A DNA stretch of 32,377 bases from Alphaproteobacteria bacterium (lineage in GTDB: Bacteria > Pseudomonadota > Alphaproteobacteria > Rhizobiales > Phreatobacteraceae): NCBI GenBank assembly GCA_037143285.1, contig JBAWYY010000001.1:1-32377 (forward strand), written 5' to 3'. Under the pieces are notes generated by a model. The model searched no databases. It saw nothing but the letters and a program-made list of their open reading frames with translations, and was not told the origin of the DNA. Both the position numbers and the translations under genes were made by a program. Of this stretch, positions 9,451 to 20,100 are shown piece after piece (position 1 is the stretch's first letter; every line of letters starts with the position of its first letter).

Positions 9451-10266
9451 ATGCGATTCGTTGCCCATGCTTTGTCATCAAGCCCGCCCCCGCTCGTGCC
9501 CGCTCGCACCGAACGCGAGTGGATGACCCGCACGGACCAGCGCTTCGCTTATCGCTGCATTCCCCTCTCCTTTGCCAATGCCTCGGGTTGGGAAGTATTG
9601 AGCCCCGTGCGATTTGCCGCGACCTGGGACGGCGGCACCACCAAGGCTGCCGTTCAACTAGAACCGCTCGACGGCGACCCGGCACTGCTGCGCCTTGCGA
9701 CCTCGCATTTCGGTCATGGCATACTCACCTTCCACACCGACTATCTGTTCCGCACTGAGCCCGGCTGGGGCACCCTGGTGCGCGGCGCACCGAACTGGCC
9801 GAAGGACGGCATGGTCGCCCTTGAGGGCTTGGTGGAAACGGATTGGCTGCCGTTCCCCTTCACCATGAATTGGATCTTCACCCGTCCCGGCCGGGTTGTG
9901 TTCGAAAAAGACGAGCCGATCGCCTTCGTGACGCCCGTGCCGCACATCCTGCTTGAGACCATCACGCCGGAGATCGTGCCGATTTCGTCGGATCCCGAAT
10001 TGGAAGCGGATTATCGCGCTTGGTCTGAGGCGCGCTTCAACTTCAATGCGGCCCTCGCGAAGGGCGACCCTGTCGCGCGCAAGAAGGGCTGGCAGCGCCA
10101 TTATGTGCGCGGCGAAACACCCACCGGCGGGACGGCGCTCGACACGCATCGTTCCAAGCGACGCCTGAAAACCCCGGTGCAGGCGACAAGCGCACCGCCG
10201 CTCGTGCCAAGCCTCGACCTGTTCGGCTGGGCGGACGCGGAAGCAGAAGCGGGCAGCGACGCTTGA
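9451..10266 (+). CDS. DUF6065-family protein of unknown function
   Basis: GGAGG RBS before the ATG at 9451. Motifs RxWM..T..FAYRCIPL..ANASGWE, SHFGHGILTFH, LFRTEPG, PKDG..LEGLVETDW.PFPFTMNW.FTRPG and WQRHY.RG, recognised from memory as DUF6065. Confidence 0.75.
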   Translation: MRFVAHALSSSPPPLVPARTEREWMTRTDQRFAYRCIPLSFANASGWEVLSPVRFAATWDGGTTKAAVQLEPLDGDPALLRLATSHFGHGILTFHTDYLFRTEPGWGTLVRGAPNWPKDGMVALEGLVETDWLPFPFTMNWIFTRPGRVVFEKDEPIAFVTPVPHILLETITPEIVPISSDPELEADYRAWSEARFNFNAALAKGDPVARKKGWQRHYVRGETPTGGTALDTHRSKRRLKTPVQATSAPPLVPSLDLFGWADAEAEAGSDA

Positions 10267-10372
10267 CCCCGCGCGCGCGACGGGCCAAGACGACCGCGAA
10301 TGAAGGCTGATCGTCCAATATCGGCGATCCGTCATCCCGGACGATCCAACCTCGTCGAAATGCGCGCGATCC

Positions 10373-11455
10373 ATGACCGACACGACCAGTCTCGAAACCC
10401 AGATCCTCGCCTCCATTGCTGAAAGCGCCGATGAGGCCGCACTCGAAGCGGTGCGTGTGGCAGCGCTTGGTAAAAAGGGCTCTGTCTCCGCCCTGTTGGC
10501 GGGCCTTGGCCAAATGGCGCCCGACGAGCGCAAGGCGGCGGGCGCTGCCATCAATGCGGTGAAGGATCGCGTCACGGACGCGCTCAATGCCCGCAAAGAG
10601 GTGCTGAAGTCGGCCGCCTTGACCGCGAGGCTTGCGGCCGAAACGGTGGATGTGCCGCTGCCCACCCGCGATGCGCCGGCGGAAACCGGGCGCATCCATC
10701 CCATCAGCCAAGTGATCGATGAGCTCACCGCCATCTTCGCCGATATGGGGTTCGCCATTGCCGAAGGGCCGGATATCGAGACCGACGACTATAATTTCAC
10801 AATGCTGAACTTCCCCGTCGGCCATCCCGCGCGTGAGATGCACGACACCTTCTTCTTCGAGCCGAAGGAAAACGGCGAGCGGTTGCTGCTGCGAACCCAT
10901 ACGAGCCCGGTTCAGATCCGCACCATGCTGACCCAGGCGCCGCCTATTCGCGTCATCATCCCCGGCCGCACCTATCGCTGTGACAGCGATCAGACCCACA
11001 CGCCGATGTTCCACCAAGTGGAAGGGCTCGTGATCGATCGCGGTAGCCATGTCGGCCACATGAAGTGGGTGCTGGAAGAATTCTGTAAGGCCTTCTTCGA
11101 GGTCGATCAGGTGAAGATGCGCTTCCGCCCGTCGTTCTTCCCCTTCACCGAGCCGAGCCTCGAGGTCGACATTCAATGTCGGCGCCAGGGCGGCGAAATC
11201 CGCTTCGGCGAGGGCGATGATTGGCTGGAGATCCTGGGCTGCGGCATGGTCCATCCCAATGTCATCCGCAATTGTGGCCTCGACCCCAATATCTATCAGG
11301 GCTTTGCCTGGGGCATGGGGATCGATCGCATCGCCATGCTCAAATATGGCATGAGCGACCTGCGCCAGTTCTTCGAGGCTGATATGCGCTGGCTCGCCCA
11401 TTACGGGTTCCGTCCCCTCGACCTGCCGACTTTGGCAGGTGGTTTATCGAGCTGA
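10373..11455 (+). CDS. pheS: Phenylalanine-tRNA ligase alpha subunit
   Basis: [60 protein letters not shown]. Confidence 0.98.
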   Translation: MTDTTSLETQILASIAESADEAALEAVRVAALGKKGSVSALLAGLGQMAPDERKAAGAAINAVKDRVTDALNARKEVLKSAALTARLAAETVDVPLPTRDAPAETGRIHPISQVIDELTAIFADMGFAIAEGPDIETDDYNFTMLNFPVGHPAREMHDTFFFEPKENGERLLLRTHTSPVQIRTMLTQAPPIRVIIPGRTYRCDSDQTHTPMFHQVEGLVIDRGSHVGHMKWVLEEFCKAFFEVDQVKMRFRPSFFPFTEPSLEVDIQCRRQGGEIRFGEGDDWLEILGCGMVHPNVIRNCGLDPNIYQGFAWGMGIDRIAMLKYGMSDLRQFFEADMRWLAHYGFRPLDLPTLAGGLSS

Positions 11456-11469
11456 GGGAGGACTGACGC

Positions 11470-13884
11470 ATGAAATTCACCCTCTCCTGGCTCAAAGAGC
11501 ATCTCGACACCGATGAGAGCCTCGACACCATTGTCGAGACCCTGACCCGCATCGGTCTTGAGGTTGAGAACGTCGTGAACCCCGGCGCGAAGTTGAAAGA
11601 CTTCACCATCGCCTATGTAATCTCGGCCGAGCAGCATCCCAATGCTGACCGCCTCAGGGTCTGCATGGTGGATACCGGCACGGGCGACCCCGTCCAGGTC
11701 GTCTGCGGCGCGCCGAATGCCCGCACCGGCATGAAGTCGGTGTTCTCACCGCCCGGCACGTTCATTCCGGGGAAAAACATCACGCTGGGCGTTGGCACCA
11801 TTCGAGGTGTCGAGAGCCGAGGCATGCTGTGTTCGGCGGCCGAACTCGAACTCTCCAACGACCATGACGGCATCATCGATCTGCCCGCCGATGCCCCGCT
11901 TGGCGAGCGCTATGTCGATTGGGCCGGCCTCAGCGACCCCATGGTCGAGATCAATCTGACGCCGAACCGGCCCGACTGCACGTCGATCCACGGCATTGCG
12001 CGCGATCTCGCGGCCGCAGGTCTCGGCAAATTGCGCGACCACGTCATCCCCTCGGTCAAAGGCACCTTCCCCTGCCCGGTGGGCGTCGACCTCGCCTTCT
12101 CAGAAGCCGACAAGAAATATTGCCCGGCCTTCGTCATGCGGTTGGTCCGTGGCGTGAAGAACGGCCAAAGCCCCGAGTGGATGCAGCGGCGCCTAACTGC
12201 TATCGGCCTGCGCCCGATCAATGCGCTGGTTGACGTGACCAACTATGTCACATTCGATCGCGGCCGACCGCTGCACGTCTTCGATGCCAAGAAGGTGGCA
12301 GGCAAGCTCGTCGTGCGCCGTTCTAAAGCTGGCGAGACTGTTCTCGGCCTTGACGGGCGGGTCTATGGCTTCACGGGCGCCGAGACCGTGATTGCAGACG
12401 ACAATGGCGTTGAATCCATCGCCGGCATCATGGGCGGCGAGCATTCGGGCTGCGACGAGAACACCACCGACGTGCTGATTGAATCGGCACTGTGGGACAC
12501 CTTGGATATCGCCCGCACCGGCCGCAATCTCGGCATCGTAACCGATGCACGCTATCGCTTCGAGCGTGGTGTCGATCCGGCCTTCTGCATCGCGGGTGCT
12601 GAACTTGCGACCCGCATGGTGATGGACATGTGCGGCGGCGAGCCCTCCGATCTCGTGATCGCTGGCGAGATTCCCGACACCGGCGCGATCATCAACTTCC
12701 CCTTTGCGGAAACGAAGCGCCTCACGGGCCTGCAGGTGTCCGAGCGGGAGCAGAAGCGCATCCTCGAGACCCTCGGCTTCATGGTCTCGGGCAGCAGTGC
12801 GGTGGTGAAGGTATCGCCGCCCTCGTGGCGTCCGGATGTCCACGGCAAAGCAGACCTCGTTGAAGAGGTGATGCGCATTGCAGGCGTTGATCGCATCGAA
12901 TCGACCCCGCTTGATCGCGGCGGCACCGTGCCGAAACCGGTCCTGACCCTCATCCAAAAGCGCACCCGTGCCGCCAAGCGTGCGCTCGCGATCCGCGGCA
13001 TGGTGGAGGCGATCACCTGGAGCTTCGTGTCGAAGGAGCAGGCGCTGCTCTTCGGCGGTGGCGCCCCGGCGCTCGCGCTCGCCAACCCAATTGCCTCCGA
13101 CCTATCGGACATGCGGCCAAGCGTATTGCCCGGTCTCATCACGAGTGCCCAGCGCAATGCCGATCGCGCCCAGAATGATGGCGCTTTGTTCGAAGTGGGC
13201 CAGGTGTTCTTCGGTGACCGACCGGAGGATCAGGTGATCGCAGCCGGCGGCATTCGGCGGGGCCTTGCGCGCGCGTCCGGCAGCGGCCGCCATTGGTCGG
13301 GCTCAGGCACAGTCGATGTCTTTGATGCCAAGGCCGACGCTTTGGCGGTACTCGCCGCAGCCGGTGCCCCCATGGCGGGGATCCAGGTGGTCGCCGGTGC
13401 GCCCGCCTGGTTCCATCCCGGTCGCTCCGGCACCCTGCAAATGGGCTCGATGATCTTCGGCTATTTCGGCGAATTGCATCCGCAAGTGCTGGAAGCGCTC
13501 GATGCCACCGGCCCCCTCGTGGGCTTTGAGCTCATCCTTGACCGGGTTCCAGCGCCTAAGGCCCGGCCAACCCGGATGAAGCCTCAATTGGTCTTATCAG
13601 CGCTTCAGCCGGTGGAGCGTGATTTCGCGTTCCTGATCGAGACCAAGGTCAAGGCCGCTGATCTCGTCAAGGCGGCCCAGGCTGCGGATAAGCAGATGAT
13701 CACCGCGGTCTCCGTCTTCGATATCTACGAGGGCAAGGGCATCGAGCCCGGCAAGAAGTCCGTTGCGCTGGCGGTCACTCTTCAGCCCAAGGACAAGACG
13801 CTGACGGACGCTGAGATCGATGCTATCGGCGCGAAAATCATCGCGGAAGTGGCGAAGAAAACCGGCGCCACCTTGCGCGGCTGA
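11470..13884 (+). CDS. pheT: Phenylalanine-tRNA ligase beta subunit
   Basis: [40 protein letters not shown]-terminal FDX-ACB domain (VERDFAF...FDIYEG); GAGGGAGGA RBS. Confidence 0.98.
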   Translation: MKFTLSWLKEHLDTDESLDTIVETLTRIGLEVENVVNPGAKLKDFTIAYVISAEQHPNADRLRVCMVDTGTGDPVQVVCGAPNARTGMKSVFSPPGTFIPGKNITLGVGTIRGVESRGMLCSAAELELSNDHDGIIDLPADAPLGERYVDWAGLSDPMVEINLTPNRPDCTSIHGIARDLAAAGLGKLRDHVIPSVKGTFPCPVGVDLAFSEADKKYCPAFVMRLVRGVKNGQSPEWMQRRLTAIGLRPINALVDVTNYVTFDRGRPLHVFDAKKVAGKLVVRRSKAGETVLGLDGRVYGFTGAETVIADDNGVESIAGIMGGEHSGCDENTTDVLIESALWDTLDIARTGRNLGIVTDARYRFERGVDPAFCIAGAELATRMVMDMCGGEPSDLVIAGEIPDTGAIINFPFAETKRLTGLQVSEREQKRILETLGFMVSGSSAVVKVSPPSWRPDVHGKADLVEEVMRIAGVDRIESTPLDRGGTVPKPVLTLIQKRTRAAKRALAIRGMVEAITWSFVSKEQALLFGGGAPALALANPIASDLSDMRPSVLPGLITSAQRNADRAQNDGALFEVGQVFFGDRPEDQVIAAGGIRRGLARASGSGRHWSGSGTVDVFDAKADALAVLAAAGAPMAGIQVVAGAPAWFHPGRSGTLQMGSMIFGYFGELHPQVLEALDATGPLVGFELILDRVPAPKARPTRMKPQLVLSALQPVERDFAFLIETKVKAADLVKAAQAADKQMITAVSVFDIYEGKGIEPGKKSVALAVTLQPKDKTLTDAEIDAIGAKIIAEVAKKTGATLRG

Positions 13885-13889
13885 GCCGA

Positions 13890-13923
13890 AAAGCAAAAAG
13901 GCCCGGGGCAGCCCCGGGCCTTT
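13890..13923. terminator. Intrinsic terminator between convergent pheT and omp, probably bidirectional
   Basis: Perfect inverted repeat AAAGGCCCGGGGC-A-GCCCCGGGCCTTT (13897-13923). The flanking A-tract gives a U-tract on the minus (omp) strand. Confidence 0.85.
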
Positions 13924-13946
13924 CCAGCTGAAATCGTCAGCTCAAC

Positions 13947-14693
13947 TCAGTAGCGGGCAACAACCGGCTCGGCCACGGGACCCGTGGTGAAGCGATAGTT
14001 CACGCCGATGCGAACCTGATGGTTCTCGACGCCCATGCGGACGAACGGGCTGCCGGGAGGACCACCGACGATGCCGGCGTAAACCTGACCCGAGAGATCG
14101 GTGTAGCGATATTCGGCGAAGGCCGAGAGGTTCGGCGTGATGCGATATTCGGCGCCGCCGCCAATGGTCCAACCGGTTGCGGTGCGGGTGGTGCGGAAGC
14201 CGTCGATGGCGAGGCTGTTGGCGCCGTAGGCGAAACCACCGGTCATGTAGAGGAGGAGGTCGGGGGTCGCGAGAAAGCCGAAGCGACCGCGAACCGAACC
14301 CTGGCCCAAGGAGCGAGCGACTGCCGGGAAGGCCGCACCAAGCGTGGTCGGGCTGCGGCGATCATATTCAGTCCAGGAGTAATCAGCGGCAAGACCGGCG
14401 ACAAAGGCACCGAACTGCCAGTCGTAACCAGCCTGAACACCACCAAGGAAGCCGTTGCCATTGGTGAGGTTGCGCAGGCCCGGCCCCGGCGGCAGGCCGA
14501 AAACCGGAGAGTTCGTGTCAAAGCGGCCGCTAAACGCATAGCCAGCATGGCCACCGAGATAGAAGCCGGTCCAGAGCGACACCGGCGCTGCAATAACGCT
14601 CGGCATAGCGGTACGGGTGCGGGAAAGGTCGGCGGCTTGAGCCTGGCCGGCAAGGGCGGCGAGACCAACAGCAGCGGTAAGAATCTTCTTCAT
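13947..14693 (-). CDS. Omp25/RopB-family 8-stranded outer-membrane beta-barrel protein
   Basis: GAGGAG RBS, signal MKKILTAAVGLAALAGQAQA|ADL, WTGFYLGGHAGY, GGVQAGYDWQ, GWTIGGGAEY, AEYRYTD, VRIGVNYRF. The start is 14693, not 14777. Confidence 0.92.
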   Translation of the reverse strand: MKKILTAAVGLAALAGQAQAADLSRTRTAMPSVIAAPVSLWTGFYLGGHAGYAFSGRFDTNSPVFGLPPGPGLRNLTNGNGFLGGVQAGYDWQFGAFVAGLAADYSWTEYDRRSPTTLGAAFPAVARSLGQGSVRGRFGFLATPDLLLYMTGGFAYGANSLAIDGFRTTRTATGWTIGGGAEYRITPNLSAFAEYRYTDLSGQVYAGIVGGPPGSPFVRMGVENHQVRIGVNYRFTTGPVAEPVVARY

Positions 14694-14891
14694 TGGGGTA
14701 CTCCTCAGCAACAACCTGGACCCCCGCGACACCGGCGATCGATCCGAAAATGGCGAGCGCCGACGACTGTGGCGCACCTGAGGATAAAGGCCCTGTAAAG
14801 GTTAATGCCGTGCTTACGCGCGTCACTTTTGGGGCAATTGCTTGATGGAGGTGATTGTTACTGTTGCGTTCAAGCAACGGTATTGCGCTGC

Positions 14892-17150
14892 CTATTCCAC
14901 CCGGATCGTCGCGGTGGCGCTGCGGCCCTCGGCGTCAACAACGGAAACGGTGGTGAAGCCCGCGCCATCGGGATCGACGAAAATACGTCTTTGGGCGCCC
15001 ATCCGACCAACGGGGCGACCATCAAGAAGAACGGTGAACGGGGGTGTACCGCCTGCCGCCCTCACCGCCAAGGGGTCGGGCTTGCCACGCGCTGCGCCCA
15101 AATCGACCCGCACGCCATCGGCCGGCAAGGTGAGAGCGAGCGGTCGGCTTGCTGTGAAGGTCTGGTCGCGGTCAGCAAAGCGAGCGCCAAAGCGGCGCAT
15201 GGGCGCGGGGAGCTGGGCATGAGTCCGAGTGATCGCGCCCTCGGGCCGAGCGGCAAGCGGTACATAGGGGCCAAGCCGCGCGAAGGCATCGAACAAGATC
15301 GGCGCGGCAGAACTGCGGCCTGTTATGCCCGGCACCGAGGAGCCATCGGGACGACCGACCCAGACCGCCACGACCCGTGCTCCGTCGAAACCAACAGCCC
15401 AGGCGTCGCGATAGCCATAGGACGTGCCGGCCTTGTAAGCATATCGCCCGGAGAGCGCCGCTTCCGGCGCCGGCGCATTGGCGAGCACGTCACCCACATG
15501 CCAGGCGGCCACCTCGTCCATCAGCGGACGTGGGGCTGAGGGCCTCACACCATCGCGGCGCTCGACGATGGCCGGCATGTCGCCAAGACGGGCGAGCGCG
15601 GTGTAAAGCGCCGCGAGATCGACGAGCCTAAGCCCTACCCCGCCAAGGCCAATGGCAAGGCCCGGCACCTCGCCGCGCGGCAGCGCGGTTCGAACGCCTG
15701 ATTGCTCAAAACGCGTGACCAGCCGGCGCGGCCCAACGGCTTCGAGGAGCGCAATGGCCGGCACATTGAGGGAATGTTGCAGGGCCTCGCGCGTCGTCAC
15801 GGTCCCCTGATAGCCCCGATCAAAATTCACCGGCGCATAGGTGCCAAAAGACGTCGGCCGATCCTCGATCAAGGTCTCGGGATGGGCGAGGCCCGCTTCA
15901 TAGGCGAGCCCATAAATGAAGGGCTTCAGGGTTGAGCCGGGCGATCGTATGGCCCGCGTCATATCGACCGAGCCCTGCCGGTCGGCATCAAGGGGATCGG
16001 CCGTGCCAACCCGCGCGATCACCTCGCCGGTCCGGTGGTCAATGGCAATGAGCGCGCCTGATAGCTTCGTCCCAAGCCCGCGCACCCGGTCGCGTACGAG
16101 CGTTTCCATCGCCTCTTGGATCGGGCGATCAAGCGTGAGGCGCACGCGGCCGGCCTCCTGATCGCGATGGGCTTCGCCCGCCGCATGCCAGGCAAAGGCC
16201 GGCATTGCGCGGCGCGTGAGCGGCACCGGCTCATCGCGAGCCGCCGCCACCTGTTCGGGCTTCAGCACACCTGCCTTCGCCATACGATCCAAGACGCGAT
16301 CACGGGCGGCACGCGCTCGCTCCGGAAAGCGGTCGGGTCTGCGCGCTTCCGGCGATTGCGGCAGCGCCACCAGAAGGGCCGCTTCGCCGGGCGACAGGCG
16401 ACGTGGCTCCTTGCCGAAATAGGCCAGTGACGCCGCCCGCACACCTTCGATATTGCCGCCATAGGGGGTCAGCGACAGATAGAGGTCGAGGAGCCTTTCT
16501 TTACCGAGCGAACGCTCAAGCGAGACGGCGCGTGCCATCTCCCGCAGCTTCACAGCCAGCGATCGGCCCTCCTCGCGCTTGTCGATGAGCCGCGCCACCT
16601 GCATCGACAGTGTCGAGCCTCCCGACACAATCCGACCACTTGACGCCCATTGGGCAGCCGCCCGCATCAGGGCCAAAGGGTCGACACCCCAATGACTCTC
16701 AAAGCGCCGATCCTCAAAGGCCATCAGCATGGTGACGAAGAGCGGATCGATATCCGCGCGCTTTACAGCGAAGCGCCACATCTCATCATCGGTCTGGAAC
16801 GGGCGGAGGAGCCGTCCGTTCCGATCCACCACCTCAGCGGTATAGGCAATCGCTGACCCATCCGGGCCCTCGCCATAGCGGGTGATAGCGACGGCCCCTC
16901 CAGCAACGCCAAGTCCTGTCAGAACCGCGCCAATCAGGAGAACCTGGATCCGCCGGTCACGCAGGCGCTTGCGTGGGCGATCTGGTTCGGGGCTATCGAC
17001 CGGCACAACAGGCTCTGCCGGTCGCCAAAAGGCGAGGGCACGCAGAATGCGCCGCCAAAGCGGCACATTGGGGGCCGCTGCTTCGGCGTTACTCACATTG
17101 ACGGTCGACGCCGACATGTCATTCGACGTATTTTTGGCATGCTCGGTCAT
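14892..17150 (-). CDS. pbpC: Penicillin-binding protein 1C (transglycosylase + transpeptidase + C-terminal domain)
   Basis: TG motifs EDRRF..HWGVD, GGSTLSMQVAR, KLREM; TP motifs STLK, SLN, KAGTS. Overlaps the alpha-2-macroglobulin gene by 4 bp (ATGA). Confidence 0.93.
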   Translation of the reverse strand: MTEHAKNTSNDMSASTVNVSNAEAAAPNVPLWRRILRALAFWRPAEPVVPVDSPEPDRPRKRLRDRRIQVLLIGAVLTGLGVAGGAVAITRYGEGPDGSAIAYTAEVVDRNGRLLRPFQTDDEMWRFAVKRADIDPLFVTMLMAFEDRRFESHWGVDPLALMRAAAQWASSGRIVSGGSTLSMQVARLIDKREEGRSLAVKLREMARAVSLERSLGKERLLDLYLSLTPYGGNIEGVRAASLAYFGKEPRRLSPGEAALLVALPQSPEARRPDRFPERARAARDRVLDRMAKAGVLKPEQVAAARDEPVPLTRRAMPAFAWHAAGEAHRDQEAGRVRLTLDRPIQEAMETLVRDRVRGLGTKLSGALIAIDHRTGEVIARVGTADPLDADRQGSVDMTRAIRSPGSTLKPFIYGLAYEAGLAHPETLIEDRPTSFGTYAPVNFDRGYQGTVTTREALQHSLNVPAIALLEAVGPRRLVTRFEQSGVRTALPRGEVPGLAIGLGGVGLRLVDLAALYTALARLGDMPAIVERRDGVRPSAPRPLMDEVAAWHVGDVLANAPAPEAALSGRYAYKAGTSYGYRDAWAVGFDGARVVAVWVGRPDGSSVPGITGRSSAAPILFDAFARLGPYVPLAARPEGAITRTHAQLPAPMRRFGARFADRDQTFTASRPLALTLPADGVRVDLGAARGKPDPLAVRAAGGTPPFTVLLDGRPVGRMGAQRRIFVDPDGAGFTTVSVVDAEGRSATATIRVE

Positions 17151-20100
17151 GGACCAGACGTCACCTCAACAGTTCCGGCTGCAGTGCGGGCAAAGCGCTC
17201 GGGACGATACATGTCCTCAATGGTCGCCGGCGGCAAGACATAGCGGCCGGGTGTCACCGCGCGGATCATGTAAGCCGCCTTCCAGGCAGCGCCATCATCG
17301 CTCGCTCGACTATAAGCGGCCATGAACCGATCATCGCGGAAGGCGCGCCAATCCGGCTGTTCGGCTTCGGTGGCAAGCCACTTCAAGGCCGAGGTTTCGG
17401 CCGAGGCCACGAGGCTCGGATTGTCGATCTCAAACCCTGCAGGCAGGCGGTCCACCAGCATGATCTGGCCAAGCTGCGGTTGGCGTTCGCCCATGGTGAG
17501 CACGACCACGAGGCGCGTGCCCTGCGCCACCCGAGCAATATCCACCGGCCGACCATCGAGGGTGAAATATTGCCGCTGCAGGGTGAAGCCGGCGGCCGCC
17601 GCAGGCTCCGCCTGACGCGGCGTGCCCTGGGTGCCCACGACAGCGCGGACAACTTCAGACCCGCTGTTGCGAAGCACGAGCCCGCGCGCAAGGTCGTCGG
17701 TCGCAATCGTGCGGTTCAGCGCGCCCTGGTGCGGCGAGCCGCCCACATCAAGGCTGATGCGGCGGGCATCCTCAATCAGGGCCTGAGCGGCCAGCACCAG
17801 CCACACCTTCTCTTGCGTCGAAGGAGCGCGGGTGCGCGCCTGCATATCTTCCAACACCCGCTGCGCATCGGTGACGATGCGGCGCGCCACGCGCGCTTCG
17901 GTGCCAAGCGCCATAATGGCTGCGGCATCGCGCAGGCGTGAGCCATAGTCGAAACGCGCCTGATCGGTTTGATCGGGCGCGCGTAACTGCGCCACCGCCG
18001 AGGCGAAGACCCGCTCGGCTCGCGGCGTATCGCCCATCAAGGCGAGCGCCGCCCCAAGCTGACCCCGACCGATCGCCGACTTGAAATCGCCAAGCCGAGT
18101 ATCGGCCAACCACCGCAGATCGGAGAGCGATCCACGCCCCGCGCGCGCCAGCACATAATGGGCATAGGCAAGGTCCATCCCGTCATTGGTGCCAACGCCG
18201 TCGGTCGCGTTGACGAAGCTGCGAAGCTTGTCGATGGAGATCCGCAGCGCCTGTTCCGGCACGGCATGGCCGCGCTCGCGTGCTCGGGTCAGGAAGTCGG
18301 TCACATAGGCGTCGAGCCAATTGTCCTCAGACTGACCAGCCGTCCAAAGGCCGAAGGAGCCCGACGACGATTGGCGCGATAGCAACCGGTCGATGGAGTC
18401 GCGGACGCGTTCAGCGACCGGCGTTTCCAACCCAAGCCCGCCTTCTGCGGCCGAGAGCACATCGAGATAGAGCAAGGGTAGCGCCCGCGAGGTGATCTGC
18501 TCGGAGCAACCGAAGGGATAGCGATCAAGTGCCATGATCAAGCCCGCCACATCGATGGCGGCGGATGGTCCAACCGACACGCTAACCCGCGCAGAACCGG
18601 GCACGTAATCGCCGATGAGATCGCCACTGAGCGTCACTGACTGACTGGGTTCAATGGTCATCACAGTGCGGCGTGTCACCTCCGGCAGCGCCGGGCGCAC
18701 GCCAAGACGATAGCGCGAGGAGACATCGAGCCCGTTCGGTCCGGTGAGGCGCACATCAAGCCCGCCGACACCCACGCCATTGGCGGTGAGCGGCAGCGAC
18801 ACCGAGCCGCGACCGCCGCCACCGGCAAGCCGCACCGTCGTCGGGGCGGTTGCCGCTTGCAGCGGGCCGGACGGGGTCACCGTCACTTGATAGTCGCCGG
18901 CAGGTGCTTCCGCATTAATGAGATCGAGCCTTGCGGTCGCGCGGTCGGCATTGCCGAGCACGCGGGGCAAGGTCGCCTGAACGACCACGGGATCCCTAGC
19001 GATCACGTCCTTCGACGCTGAGCCATGTTTGGTGGGGGTCCAGGCCATGGCCATGACCCGCACCGTTCCGTTGAAATCAGGGATGTCGAAGCTGACCTCG
19101 GCAGTGCCGTCCCCGCGAACGGTGACGAGCCCTGAGAACAGCGAGAGCGGGTCTTGGGCCGGCGGCGCACCATTGAACCGCGAGGCCTGCCCGTCACCGC
19201 CGGAGCGGATCGCGCCGCGCGCGGCACTCATGCCATCGAGGAGGAGGCCGTAGAGATCGCGCACCTCCGCCTGCAAGCGGCGCTGACCGAGATAATAGTC
19301 GTCCGGCTTCGGCGCCTTGTAATCGGTCAGCGTGAGGATGCCGAGATCAACCGCCGCGACCGTCAGATAGGCCTGCTCGCCGCTGGCAAGCCCCTCAATG
19401 CGTACCGGCACACGCATCGCGGAGCGCGGGGCCATGCGGTCCGGCGCACCGAGCGTCACATTCAATTTGCGCCGATCACTATCGACGCCAAACCAAGTAA
19501 GCCCGATGGCGCGTCCCGGCATACGGCCGGCCTGCACATCCAAGGGGCGACGCAGGAAAACGACCGCATAGGCACCGGCACCCCAGCCCTCAGCCACCGG
19601 CACGGTGATGCGGCTCTGGCCCTGCGGCACCTCCACCGTGCGCTCGGAGTGGAGCCGATCCCCAAGGATCGTGACAGTTGCTGTGCCGGCAAAACGAGCG
19701 TTCACCGCAATCGTCATGGTGTCGCCCACGTGATAAGCGGGCTTATCAAGGCTCATTTCCAGAACGTCGGGCGTATCAGCGGTGCCGCCGGCGCCATACC
19801 CTGACTCAAACACGATGGTTGTGGCGGGCGAGCCGATATCGCCGACTTCGAGGCGATATTTGCCCCAGGGAACCTGTTGGGCGATGCGCGCTGCAGCGGC
19901 GGGCGTCGCGTCAACTCGACCATCGGCCACACGCCGTGTGGTGGTAATCGCGGTGCTTTCCCAGCCGCCTGCCCCACGCGACCATTGCCACCGCGTCTCG
20001 AGGCGAAGCAATTGCCAGGTGAGCGTGCGTTGCTGACGGGTGCGCCCATCGGCCGCAACGGCAATCACCTCGAAGACTGCCGTGTCATTCTCTGCGACCC

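Noticed and set aside
10267-10372. Possible pheM-like attenuator or REP-like element (CGTCATCCCGGACG) before pheS
   Set aside because: No Phe-rich leader ORF or terminator/antiterminator pair is visible, and the short hairpin has no second copy in the window.
9658-11401. 366-aa and 452-aa minus-strand ORFs opposite DUF6065/pheS
   Set aside because: Antisense shadows of well-supported genes.
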